Program-made: the position numbers and the translations under genes
Assembly: GCA_964016885.1 (NCBI GenBank)
Contig: OZ024740.1
Span: 153,202,001-153,266,000 of the forward strand
Direction: 5' to 3'
From: Eledone cirrhosa
Lineage: Eukaryota
Length of the DNA: 64,000 bases
The notes under the pieces: model-generated
The model's input: the letters and a program-made list of their open reading frames with translations, nothing else
What the model was told of the DNA's origin: nothing
The model's database searches: none
Shown here: piece after piece, positions 14,036 through 25,898 of the stretch
Numbering within the stretch: the first letter of the stretch is position 1
How the letters are laid out: each line of letters begins with the position of its first letter

Positions 14036-14277
14036 ATTAAAGGTGGAAAACTGGGAGAGGGCACTTGCCCTGGTGGTCAGGGTCACTGTGGTCTTTTAAT
14101 GGGCTTTCTCCACAAATGTCCCTCGGATGTCTCCCCCCTATTGGGGAATTTTTCATTGTTATTTTATTACATCCTCTGTTTTTTTTACACGCAGAAATGC
14201 CCATTTGTACCGTCCTGTATTGTCCTGCACTGTCCTTAATGTCTACTTTATGTAAACCCTTGTGGTTAATAAAGAAA

Positions 14278-14332
<55 letters not shown>

Positions 14333-14333
<1 letters not shown>

Positions 14334-17300
14334 TGAGTCTTAGTCATTGATGTTATTTAACTGGATAGTTTGTTGAAATAAATATCAAGCCGCTACCTGC
14401 AGCGTCAGATATTCAGGACGTATCGGAGGGTTCTTGCTTTTCCCTAGCAAGCTTGCCTTTTGAAGTGTTCCAAAAAGCGGGGCTGGACTAATTTTCTTTA
14501 ACCATCCTTGGAAACTCTTTGAGAGAGTACCAAGTGCGCCTATGACAATCGGGACGACTCTGACTTCATGGCAGTTCCAAATCCTTTTTACCTCCCACTT
14601 TAAGTTCTGGTATCGGTTAATTTTCTCCCTCTCCTTTTCTTGCATTCTCGTGTCAAATGGGCAGGCTACATCTACAATCAGGCACGATCTTTTTTCCTTG
14701 TCCAAAACCACCAGGTCAGGCCTATTGTGTTCCAGTTTCTTGTCCGTCTGTATCCTAAAATCCCATAGCACCTTCAGCTGATCATTTTCTATCACCGACT
14801 CTGGCTTATGCTCATACCACTTCTCAGTATGTGGTAAATTGTTTACTTTTCATAGGTGCCAGTGGATCACCCTGCCCATCACATCATGTCTCCAGCCTTA
14901 TGGTGAGTCTGGGCTAGGTGTTTACACTCGGATACAATGTGAGCCACAGTCTACTCTCTCTCTCCACAAATCCTACACAGTGGGCTAGCCTCCTCCTTGT
15001 AAATATGGTGTTTCACCCACTTCGTTCTGATGGCCTGCTCTTGCGCAGCCATTAGCATTCCTTCTGTAGCCTTTTTAACCAGTTCCATGTCTGTGGATCT
15101 CTAAATTCAGTTTTCTCAAAGAAGGTACTATGAAGGGATTTTTCATGAAGGTTGCTCTTCCTCCTTGTTATTTCCTCCTTGGACATCCCCTGGTCTATTG
15201 TCCTCTTCTTCAGTACAATTCCGAGCATTGGCCCCCTACTGTCAGTCACGTATTTGTGCAGGTTGTTTTTCTTCATCTGAACACAGTCCGCTATGCTGAT
15301 AAGACGTCTTCCACCTTCAAATCTCTTTAAGTAGAGTCTATCGACATCACTCCTCTTGTGGAACATGTTGTAGATAGTCAATAGCTTTCTAATCTTCCTA
15401 TCCATTTCTTTTTGTTTAGCAACATTCCATTTCAGAATTCCCGCACTGTACCTAATAATAGACACAGCTCGGGAATTTACTGCACTTATGACATTCCTAC
15501 TATTTAGATGTGATTTTCATACGCTACTTACTCTCCTAATGTACTCAGATCTTATCAATTCCTTCATTTTTTTTTGTTCTTGATGTCATCTGCCTCCAGA
15601 ACACCTAAATATTTGTATCCTTCTTCAGTGTCAATTTCCTTTATCATCTCACCTGTTGGTACCTGGATTCCGTTGCTTCTGCTCAATTTACCCCCTCTTC
15701 ATCACTAGGACTCCACACTTATTAATACCAAATTGCATACATATATCATTGCTGAAAATACGGACAGTGTCAACAAGCACATCCAACTCCTTCTCACTCT
15801 TCCAAAAGAGTTTAAGATCGTCCATGAAGAGGAGGTGGATGATGGTAAGCTCTCCCTTTCCCAACTTGTATCCTGCTCTCACTTTTCGCAGTATAATGGT
15901 CAGGGGTATCAGGGCAAGGACAAACAACAGAAGGGAAAACTATCTTCCTGGAAGATACCTCTCTTGATCTTCACGCCCCTCCCCCCCAAGGATTCTCCAC
16001 CCGATGTTAACTCTGTTTCCCAGGACTTCAAACTTTTGCTCACCAACCGTCTGATGTTATCTGCCACCTTGAAGATCTCTAGGCTTTTGGTTATCCAAGA
16101 ATGAGGTACCATGTCGAATGCCTTTTTGTAATCTATCCATCCCATGGCAAGACCAGTGTGTCTCCTCTTGCAATTCCTCATTATCATCTTATCAATAAGT
16201 AACTGGTATTTTGTACCACGTGACTTCTTTCGGCATCCTTTCTGTTCGTCCGGTAACAAATTGTTTATGTGGAGGTGATGGTAGATTTCCTCAGACACAA
16301 TGCTTGTTAACAGTTTCCACATTACGGACAGACATGTGATAGGTCTATAGTTGGTAACATCATTACCCTTGATTCGGTCTTTCATTACCAGAACTGTGGT
16401 ACCTTTTGTCAACCACTCTGGTACCTCACCTGACATCAAGCAGTCATTGAACATGGTTGTCAGTTTCGGGTGGAGGGATGTTATATTTTTAATCCAATAC
16501 CCCTGCACACCACCTGGGCCTGGTGATTTCCAGTTTGTTAGTTTTTTGGCCTGCCATTTAAGAGTTTCAACTGTGATACTCAAATCAGTTTGTTGGTGTG
16601 CCTGTTCACTAATCTCCTTTTGTACTGTCTCAATCCACACTGCCTGATCATTATGTTTAACATCCTGCTCCCATATTCCTCTCCAGAATGTCTTAGTTTG
16701 TTCCGCCTCAGGGATCAAATCGTTGCCTCTTTCTTTCCCTTCAAGCTGTCCAAACAACATTTTCTGTTTGTTGTCAAACATGCGGTTCTGTCTATACTGA
16801 CTGACTCTGCTCTCATACCGCCTAATCTTTGCACTCTTTGCTACAATGCGTTGCTTCAGTTCCTCTATGATGATATTTAGCTTTTTCCTCCTAGTTTTAT
16901 ACTTTATTTCCAGTCTATTTTTAGTGTCTATGTTTTGTAGTGTCCCATTCAGTAGGGATCAAACTTTCCAATGTCATTTCTCATTTCCCTGATTTGACCA
17001 TTCAGTCGTTTCTTCCACCAAGGTTCTGATCTTTCTTGTTTGTTTTTTCTCTCGCTTTTATGCCAAGTAATTTCCTCACCGCATTTGCTGTTGCTTTGAG
17101 GATATTGTTGCATTGGTGAAGGCTCCTCGCCTCAAGGTATGGGATGACTTTGTTTACCTTAGCTGTTGTTTGTTTTAACTTTTTCCTGTCTACAAATCTT
17201 AGGTTCATAGGTTTCCCATTATCATTGTTCATTTCATCTACCACTAAGTTTAGGATATCAACCAAATCTTGTCCTAGCCCGTCAGCATTCATCTCCTCAA

Positions 17301-17845
17301 TGGCAGTATCTCTGTTCCAGGTATTATTTATTTCAGCATTCAGATCATTGTCTGCTTCGGATGGTTCCTCCGTTCTCTCAACCTCTTCACCTTCATTTCC
17401 CACTGGCTCGTTTGCCTGGCATACTCCACTCTCCATTTCCAACTTAATCTCTCTGCTCAGTTCCTCCAGTTCCAGCTCGCTTATCCACCCATTAGTTCTT
17501 ATTACCCGAGCCTGCCCGGCCAATTTTTGTTCATCTAATTTAAATATACCAATCTCGTTCCAGATATTATGCATCCGTTTCCTATAGCCTTTTTCCTTGG
17601 GGTTACTCTTCAGGTAACATTGCATAACAGTTCTCTTCAATTCTTTCGTCCAGTTGGTTCTGGTCCCTTTCCTTCTTCTTCTTCCTCTAACACCAGCAGT
17701 ATTTGGATGACAGCCAGGCAGGTCCCTGCTGCTGGGCCAGGGAGCAGCTGCTGGGTGAGAGTCTGTCACATAACGTTCCAGTCTCCTCTTCACTGTTATT
17801 CGAACTGTTTAGGTTCGACATTTAAACACTCATATAAACACTTAT
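14333..17845 (-). mobile_element. Dong/R4-clade non-LTR retrotransposon (RT plus restriction-like endonuclease), near full length, disrupted
   Basis: NYRPITCL, WIDYKKAFDMVPHSW, GIFQ, HLLFMDDLKL (RT); HNRPDLVV..IVDVACP..KINRY (PD-D/ExK). The 3' end abuts the (TAA)n shared with the Tx1 copy 1 tail. Confidence 0.85.
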
Positions 17846-18123
17846 ATTATTATTACCACTAACGTACTGGGTAATTGCTGGCCTTGTGCCAATAGTAGAA
17901 ACACTTATTATTATTATTATTATTGGTTATCATTACAAAACGGCGGTAACTACTAATTTTTTAATGCGTTATCGAAAGTTCTAATAATATATTTTTACAT
18001 CGGTGTATAGTTAAAGAACCCCTCTGTCAAATGAGGTGGTTTTTTTAACTGTATCTTGCGCCCTTGATAGCTAAATTTGCTTTTATTTACAATCATAACC
18101 CCAAAATAAAAAAATAAAAAAAC

Positions 18124-19937
18124 ATGGCGGACAAAGAAAATTGTCCACAGAGAGGAACAGAGAGTTGTTTAGAGGGTGGAACAGCCATTTCCACCCAATC
18201 ACAAGGCAAAGTAAAAAACAAGAGAAACAGCAGCAACAGCGACAGCGACAGTGATAATGATATCAGCAGCAGCTGTCACTGGAACTGTAGTAGCAGTAGT
18301 GAAAATTATAACGAAAAATTTCCTGCGTTACAGAAATTAAACACCACTACCACCCCAATAACAACAATAACAACACCAACAACCACAAAGAACCCAAAGA
18401 ACAACAACTATAACAGCAGCAACACAGAGGAAAAAGAAACAAACAAAAACACCGGCGACGGCAACAAAGACAAAACTAGTGACGTGTCAACACAAATCAA
18501 AACAAACACATCTTTCGCTAAAGTGACAAACAATTTTGAACAAATACACATCACTAACGAAGAGATAAAACAAACCAAGGTCTTGGTAAAAAAAAACCGG
18601 ACACAGAGTAAGTCTCACCCGCCCAGCTGAGATAATAAGAAACAAGCTTTTGTGTTCGGTCAGTTATCGCACGATCGGATCAAAATCCAGGCGAGTTGAA
18701 CGGGCAACGGAGTCACAGATCCAAAGAGCTATGGGTGCCGTCTGGGTACAGAAAACATATATAGCCCGGGGATCGAGATATGACACTGTGGATATGCTCT
18801 TCGCTACCCCAGAGGAAGCCAGAGCACACTCCATTGCACCACTCCGCAGCGACGAAATCACAATGATGCCCACATATTGCGGCCAGAGAGTCGGGAGGAT
18901 TCGAGTAGACCAGGTTCCACCCTCAGTGGAGATGGCGTGGTTGACGGCAGCCGTCCTCGCTGACGTTGAAGATTTAACAACCATACTCAACATCATACGA
19001 ATAAGACAGGAAAATTGGATAGGGTCGGAGATGGAGCTAATCATCCAAGCAAATCACGAAAGCGTTGAGGCCATCCCCGATATAATAGACCTGAACGACG
19101 GCAGCCATCTACCCGTGACTGTCGAAGGTAGGCGCCCAAGGTGTCATGGATGCGGTGACAAGACGCACCTTAAGGCATTCTGCCCCAAAATTACCAAAAC
19201 AGGCACGCGCCCACCCCTTCTCCCCACGCCGTACCCCGCAACTGGAGCAGACAAACAAACAAAGAACACAGTGGCAGAAGAGAAATCACCATCCCCAACA
19301 ACAAAAACACCATCTCTTCCACCACCCACAAAACCAATGGAAAGCATACCCCTTCCTGATATAGCTGATATAGCCAAATCGGATAAGGAGTGCGATGAGG
19401 CCGAAGAGTGGAGAACTATTCCAACAAAAAAGGAAGACCCCCTCCCCCCAAAGAGGAAGAAAAAACCTTAAAAAAAAAGAAAATGAAAACTACCCCACCT
19501 CCTCCACCATCAACAGCCACACCCCACAACCACCTACACCATCACCACCAGCACCACCCTTACCATCTACCCCATCGTCACCTCCAACAACACGACAGCA
19601 AACACAGAAAACACCAACACCCAAACAGCAGACACAATACACAGCCATAGACACAGACAACACAAAGCTTTTAAATTACATTCAACACCACACCACCATC
19701 ACAGAAACAAACTACGTAGAAACCACCAAAATTGCCCCCCCCCCACACACACACATAAAAATAATAGAAATTACACCAAAAAATTACATAACATTAAAAA
19801 AAATGTTCCCCACATCAATTGGAGACTACCGAGGGAGCAACACCAAAAGAATATTCACGGATATTCTTGTGGAGAAACCCACCAATGGCCGGAGGGATGG
19901 ATCACCCACCCCCTTCCTAAAGAAGAGTCACAGGTAA
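18124..19937 (+). pseudogene. Tx1 ORF1, frameshifted
   Basis: RCHGCGDKTHLKAFC knuckle. Homologous to, but clearly diverged from, copy 1 ORF1. Confidence 0.75.
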
Positions 19938-19986
19938 TTTTTTGTACCTCTCCCCTCTCACTTGTTTTCCTCCTATCCTAGCCAAC

Positions 19987-22900
19987 ATGGCTACTCTCAG
20001 AATAGGTAGCATAAATATACGTGGCCTGGGGTCGTCTTGAAAGCAGGGGCACCTGCTGAACGATCTCAGGTCGCTAAACATAGATGTGGTGACCATCAGC
20101 GAGACCAGAATCTCCGAAGCACGGGCCTTCGCACCGATCTTCGGCGGCTACGATGTATACGCATCTCCCAGCCGTCCTGGATCGGGGGGATGAGTTGCTG
20201 TGCTTTTTCGGAGAGGTTTGGATCTCGCCATACGGGAGATCTTTCTGGACCCAGAAGGTAAGTTGGTGGTGCTGGATGTGACCAGCGGAGACGGGAAAGC
20301 TTTCAGGCTTGTGGCCGTCTATGCCCCGACAGGAGCAGGGCGGCCTGATTTCTTCCGGCGTCTGGAGACCTTTCTTGGAACGTCCCGCTGTTTAGTGTTA
20401 GTGGGCGACTGGAGCGGGATCTTAGATGCACGCTGGGACTGTGTGGGATTAGCGGATAGGGGTGGAGGGTGCAAGAGCCTCACCAACCTGCTCAGGCGTT
20501 TTGAACTGTCTGACAGGTACCGATTGGATTTCCCGAATGTGCCAATGTGGACTTGGACAAATCGCATAGGGTCATCCAGATCATATCTAGATAGAGTATT
20601 TTGTAGAGAAATAGATAGGTCTAGCATAGGCTGTCCACAATTCAAGATAGTCAGCTACACGGACCACAAATTCGTGATCTGTGTACTTGACTTAGATAGG
20701 CTTCATAGACGAGGACCCGGCTACTGGAAACTAAACGCGTCCTTACCAGCGCGCAAGGCCTACAGAGACCGGATTAGCTAACTAGCTAAGCGCGCGTTGA
20801 CGGGAGCCATCGTCAACAACAAGTGGTGGTTTGCTCTGAAAAGAGGAATTAGAATAGAGTCCATTAGGTTTAGTAAGGCTTTAGCAATAGAGAAAAATAG
20901 AGCAGAGGGAGATCTAGTTAGAAAATTAGATGAGGCGCTTAGCAAAGACATCGCAACCGACGTACTTGCGGCGAAATTGGCCCTTGACCAATTCTTCAAT
21001 GCAAAGCACGAAGGCTGCGTTGTCAGAGCTAGGGTGCGTGCTCTCAGACACGAGGGGACGAAAGCCGTTCAATGGGCCCGAGTGGCGGAGGCGCGTCGTG
21101 GCAACAAAGCCACGATCCGGTCTTTAGTGGACCACGACGGGCGCATGCTACTCGATCCCGGGCAAATGTGTAAAGCTTTTCAGCGACACTTCGCTCAGCT
21201 GTTCGGGGGCAGCGGCGGGCCGGATCGAGGGATGGACTTTAGTGTCTACCTCGACGGACTGCCGCGGCTCTCGGCCACTGAGGCGGAGTGTTGCGAAAAG
21301 CCGATAACAGCAGCTGAAGTACGGGAGGCAATGACTAGCTGCACAAGGGGTAAATCGCCTAGTTTGGATGGTCTGCCCTATGAACTTTACGTACAGATGC
21401 CAGACTTGTTCGGAGGCCTCTTGGCGGACGTCTACTGCAACTGGCAACAGAACGGGAGAATTCCCAGTTCTGTGAGCCCAGGAGCGGTGGCGCTGCTGAC
21501 AAAGGATCCGAACAAGGGGTTTACATAGATAATTTCAGGCCCATAACTCTTCTAAACACAGAGTTCAAGATTTTGGCCAAGGTGCTAGCAAAGAGGTTGG
21601 CGCTTGTCGTTGGTAGTCTGGTAGGAGAGGCGCAGACATGCGCCATTCCCGACAGATCCATCCACGACAACCTCCACCTCATGCGATACATCGTGGAGCA
21701 GGTAGCTAGGGAACCTGGCACGGGTGGGTCCTTGATCAATTTAAATCAGTCGAAAGCTTTCGATAGGGTCGACCATCGTTATCTGGCGGCTGGCTTTGGG
21801 CCCGTCTTCAGAGGCTGGATCGCTGCCATTCACAGCGACATCTGCTCTGTGGTGAGAGTGATCGGTCACCTTTCGGAACCGTTGAACATTATGGGCTCGG
21901 TCCGCCAAGGATGTCCCCTCTCGTCCCTCTTGTACGTATTGACTCTCGAGCCATTACTGCACAAACTGGAGACGTTGAGGGGGACCCCGCGCGAACTAGG
22001 GTGCGGAAGATCCGTGTCAGCATATGCGGACGATGTTACCGTAGTGGTGTCGAACGCCAAACACATCGAGGCGATCGGCACTACACTAAGAGAATACGAA
22101 GCGGTGGCAGGAGCAATGATCAACCAGGAAAAGTGAGTGGGCCTGCAGCTCGGCACCTGGAGAGGCAGGTCCATGCCGTCCAACAGCGTCGTCGGGCGCT
22201 GGACGGACGGACCGGTTAAATTGCTAGGGGTCTGGTTCGGTCCGGACCTCCAGACGGACAAAAACTGGGACGAGGTGACGAGCAGGGTGGCTTCTCTCAC
22301 CCAGAAATGGGCGCAGAGGAAGCTATCCCTAAAAGGTCGAGCGGAGGTGGCTAACGCGTACATCGCGTCCGTCATCTACTGCCGCCTGACCGTCGTGCCT
22401 TGTCCTAAGCCTCGCCTGACTGCGCTGGAGCGTTTGCTCTTTCGCTTTTTGTGGAAGGGACGCGCTCCGATGGTCAGGCGGTCCATCTGCTGTCAACACT
22501 CGCTATGTGGAGGGCTGGCCATGCCGTGGCTAATGATGCGCAGACACGCGCTCAGGCTACGACATCTCCACCTCTTCCTCGACGGTGATCAGGTGTGGTT
22601 GCCGTTTGCTAGACGCGTCTTTCCACAGCTCATCCCCTTGACGGAGCTGCAGTCCTGGGTCAAGCGAAGACCGAGAGGGAGCGCTTGGAGACTGGAATGT
22701 CTTCAGACGTTCACAGCCCTCGACCAATCGGGTAATGTGATCGGTGGAAACACCACCTTGGCGTTCTATAGAGGATTAGTGGAGGGGAAGAGCGACGACG
22801 TACTTGGGGAAACTCTAGGCGTCGACGAAAATCAACTAGCCAATCTCTATGGAAGAACTTTCGGGCCGGGGCCTATGGACAATTTCCAGAAATCCCTGGC

Positions 22901-23390
22901 CTGGCAGTGCTACCGAGGAGCTTTTCCAGTTCGGGATAAAGTCTACAGGCATGGAGGTGCCGTCAGCCGGGCATGTCCGAGATGCGTGCAGGGCGACGAA
23001 ACCGTCCTGTATGCACTCGTCCAGTGTCCGAGCATTGCTGACTTGTGGGTTTATGTCGAACAGCTGCTGTCGCGTGTAGAACGGATCCGACTATCAGCTG
23101 AGTCCATCGTGAGGATTGCCCCGCCCTCTTCCTTTAACCGGGAAGGGCAGGCAGTTTTTATCTGTCTGGTGGCCATGGCGAAAGAGATAGTATGGTGGAC
23201 GCGTCTGAAAGGGCTGAAGACGAGCACTTACCTCTTCGGTGATGCCCTGATTAACTTTTTCCAATTTCATTTGAAAAGGAAAATCAGGGTAGAGAGGGAG
23301 GTGCTCTCTTCCCAGCTTTTTGTTGAAAGATGGGTGAGAGAAGCAAGAATGGCCCGAGTGAATAGACCTACTCTGAGTATATGCCTGTAA
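19987..23390 (+). pseudogene. Tx1 ORF2 (APE-RT-zinc finger), disrupted
   Basis: Same motifs as copy 1, with several stops and frameshifts. Confidence 0.9.
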
Positions 23391-23874
23391 ATTGAAGGCG
23401 GAAAACTGGGAGAGGACAATTGCCCTGGTGGTCAGGGTCACCGTGGCATTTTTTTAATGGGCTTTCTCCACGATGCCCCTCGGAAGTTTCCCCCGTATTG
23501 GGGAATTTTTCATTGTTATTTATTTGTTTCATCCTCTGTCTTCGTTTTTTACACGCAGAAATGCCCATTTGTACTGTCCTGTATTGTCCTGTACTGTCCT
23601 TAATGTCTACTTTATGTAAACCCTTGTGGTTAATAAAGAAAGCATTATTATTATTATTATTATTATTATAATTATAATTATTATTATTGGTCTAATCGGA
23701 CGTATTTTGCTCGCTCTCAGTAAGTGGCTTTATTTGCCTGTTAAAATTATTTGTTGTTAAATACTTCTTGTTGTGTAAGGGATATAAGCCCTTAGACTTT
23801 GCCCTGTGAAGGCGAAAGTATAATATTTGGGCCTTTTGGCACAAATATTTGAACTTTTACGGAGAAAAAAAAAC

Positions 23875-25866
23875 ATGGCTGAGCCACGTCCCCCAGCGAT
23901 ATGCCTGCTGTCGTGCCACAACAACGTACAAGTTGAGAGGAGCGCTACAGCGAAATTAACACAAATTGATAACACAAACACCACCACAAACAATGTAAAC
24001 AAAGACACCAATGATAGCAATGAGAACTCTAATTTTGAAAAAAATGACAGTAACAGCGACAACGAAAATACAGATAACAAAAAAAAAAAATAACAAATGC
24101 AGCAACAATATCAACACCACTAACATGAAAACAAATAGCGACAACACCAACAGCAACAATACCAACTGCACCGAGAACAACGACGGTGGCAACAAAGACA
24201 ACAATGATAACAGCGACAGTGATAACAACAGCACCAACAAGAGCAACGACAACGACAACAACACCCCCAACGAAAACAAGAAGAACACTTTCGCAGCGGC
24301 AGCAGCAAAAAAGAGGCCATGCTTCAACATGGACCTCTCAAACAAAAATGAAAAGTTGGCCTAGGCATGGAAGCTCATCAAGCAAGAGCAAACCTGGGCC
24401 AAATTAACTGTCCCGGTAGAAGCTATTGAGGCAGTGGAGCGCAGAACGGTGCATTATAGATGCATCTCAGCACAAACCAAAAGGGCAGCTTTAATCCCAC
24501 AAGAAGATGTCGAAGTCGCGCTGAGGTGCATCAGAGAAGACACCGAATACATAGAGAGAGGCAGACAGTACGGTACCATCTCGGTGTTATTCAAGTCAGA
24601 AGCCCTCGCTATGAAACACGCTATGACTCCTTGCAAAACCAGCAAGGTCATAATGTACCCCTCCCACATGGGAAAAAGAACGACCCGTCTCCGCATTCCC
24701 AGAATCCCACCAGGACTTGACATGTGGTGGCTTCTGGGATGTGTGATTGTGGAGGGGACGGATACCGTCCCTATAGAAGTGACCAGCACGGTCAGAGAGG
24801 ACTGGTCCGGGGATGACCTGGAGATCCTTCTCCAGATCAGGCCCGAGAATGTGAAGACAATCCCGGACCACATCCGCCTTCAGAATGGGACGGTCATTCA
24901 CATTATGACCGAAGGCAAAAAGCCGCAGTGTTTTGTTTGTGAGGAAAAACCCATTTGCGAGCCTTCTGCCCTCAACTGCTGAAAGAGGCAAGGGGTCGAA
25001 AGGCTCCACTGCTGCCGACGCCGGGGTGAGGACCACAACCAACACCAGCACCGGCAAAACCACCAACAACAACACCAATAGAAAGACCACCACCAACATT
25101 GACCACCCAGGGGGGAAACGAAGAAAGCTGTCAAATCCCTCCCCCCCCCCAAAAAAAAATACACACACCAATAAAACCATAAACATACATACAGACACAC
25201 TTACAGACACAGACCCCTCATCTATCAGTAGTGAAGATGAGGGAAAACCCAAATCCCCCAAAATACAAAAAAGGAAACACAAAAAGAAAAAAAAACTCAA
25301 CAAAGCACAAAATCACCCACAATAAAAAAACGCAGACACCACCCACGCAAACATCTCTCCAATAACACCAACATCAACACCACCATCACCATCACCAGAA
25401 TCCCCCAAACGCAAACAACCTAAACAGACGCAAGAACAAATATACACACAAACATCTGAAACCTCAGACACCGCACTCACAACAAACACAGACAACCGAA
25501 ACAACACCACCAAAACCATCACCACCACAGCCACGCAAACAAATAAAATCACACCAACAAAACATACAAAACTTTGTGCTCGTCAGGAGGGCCAACAAGG
25601 AACTGATGGCCCTCGTAGCACGAAGTGAAAATATACAAAAAGAGGGGGAAATTTTTAAATCGAGCACATTTCGCGTGCCGGAAGATTTGGTTCTGGTGCG
25701 AATGTCAATCGATTTATACAAAGAAATACGAGACAGCTTTCCTCAGAACGTGGGAACCCCGAACGTAAATCCAACTTCAAGACTTTTAAAGGGGTTCCCA
25801 AAAGAAACCCCACCAACTATGGTGGTCGAACAACCCGACCTTCACAAGAGCTCGGAAGGCAAGTAA
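23875..25866 (+). pseudogene. Tx1 ORF1, frameshifted
   Basis: Asn/Asp-rich N-terminus, YIERGRQYGTI region homologous to the other ORF1s, QCFVC knuckle broken by a frameshift. Confidence 0.7.
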
Positions 25867-25898
25867 ACCTTTCCTCTCTCTCTTTTTAACCTGCCAAC

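Larger units (their letters stand above)
8428..14332 (+). mobile_element. Tx1/L1-type non-LTR retrotransposon, copy 1 (apparently full length)
   Basis: Starts GG directly after (TTA)n. Has ORF1, ORF2 (APE-RT-zinc finger), AATAAA and a (TTA)n tail. Confidence 0.9.
17925..23688 (+). mobile_element. Tx1/L1-type non-LTR retrotransposon, copy 2
   Basis: Starts GG after the (TTA)n tail of a SINE 3' end. ORF2 and distal 3' UTR nearly identical to copy 1. (TTA)n tail. Confidence 0.9.
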
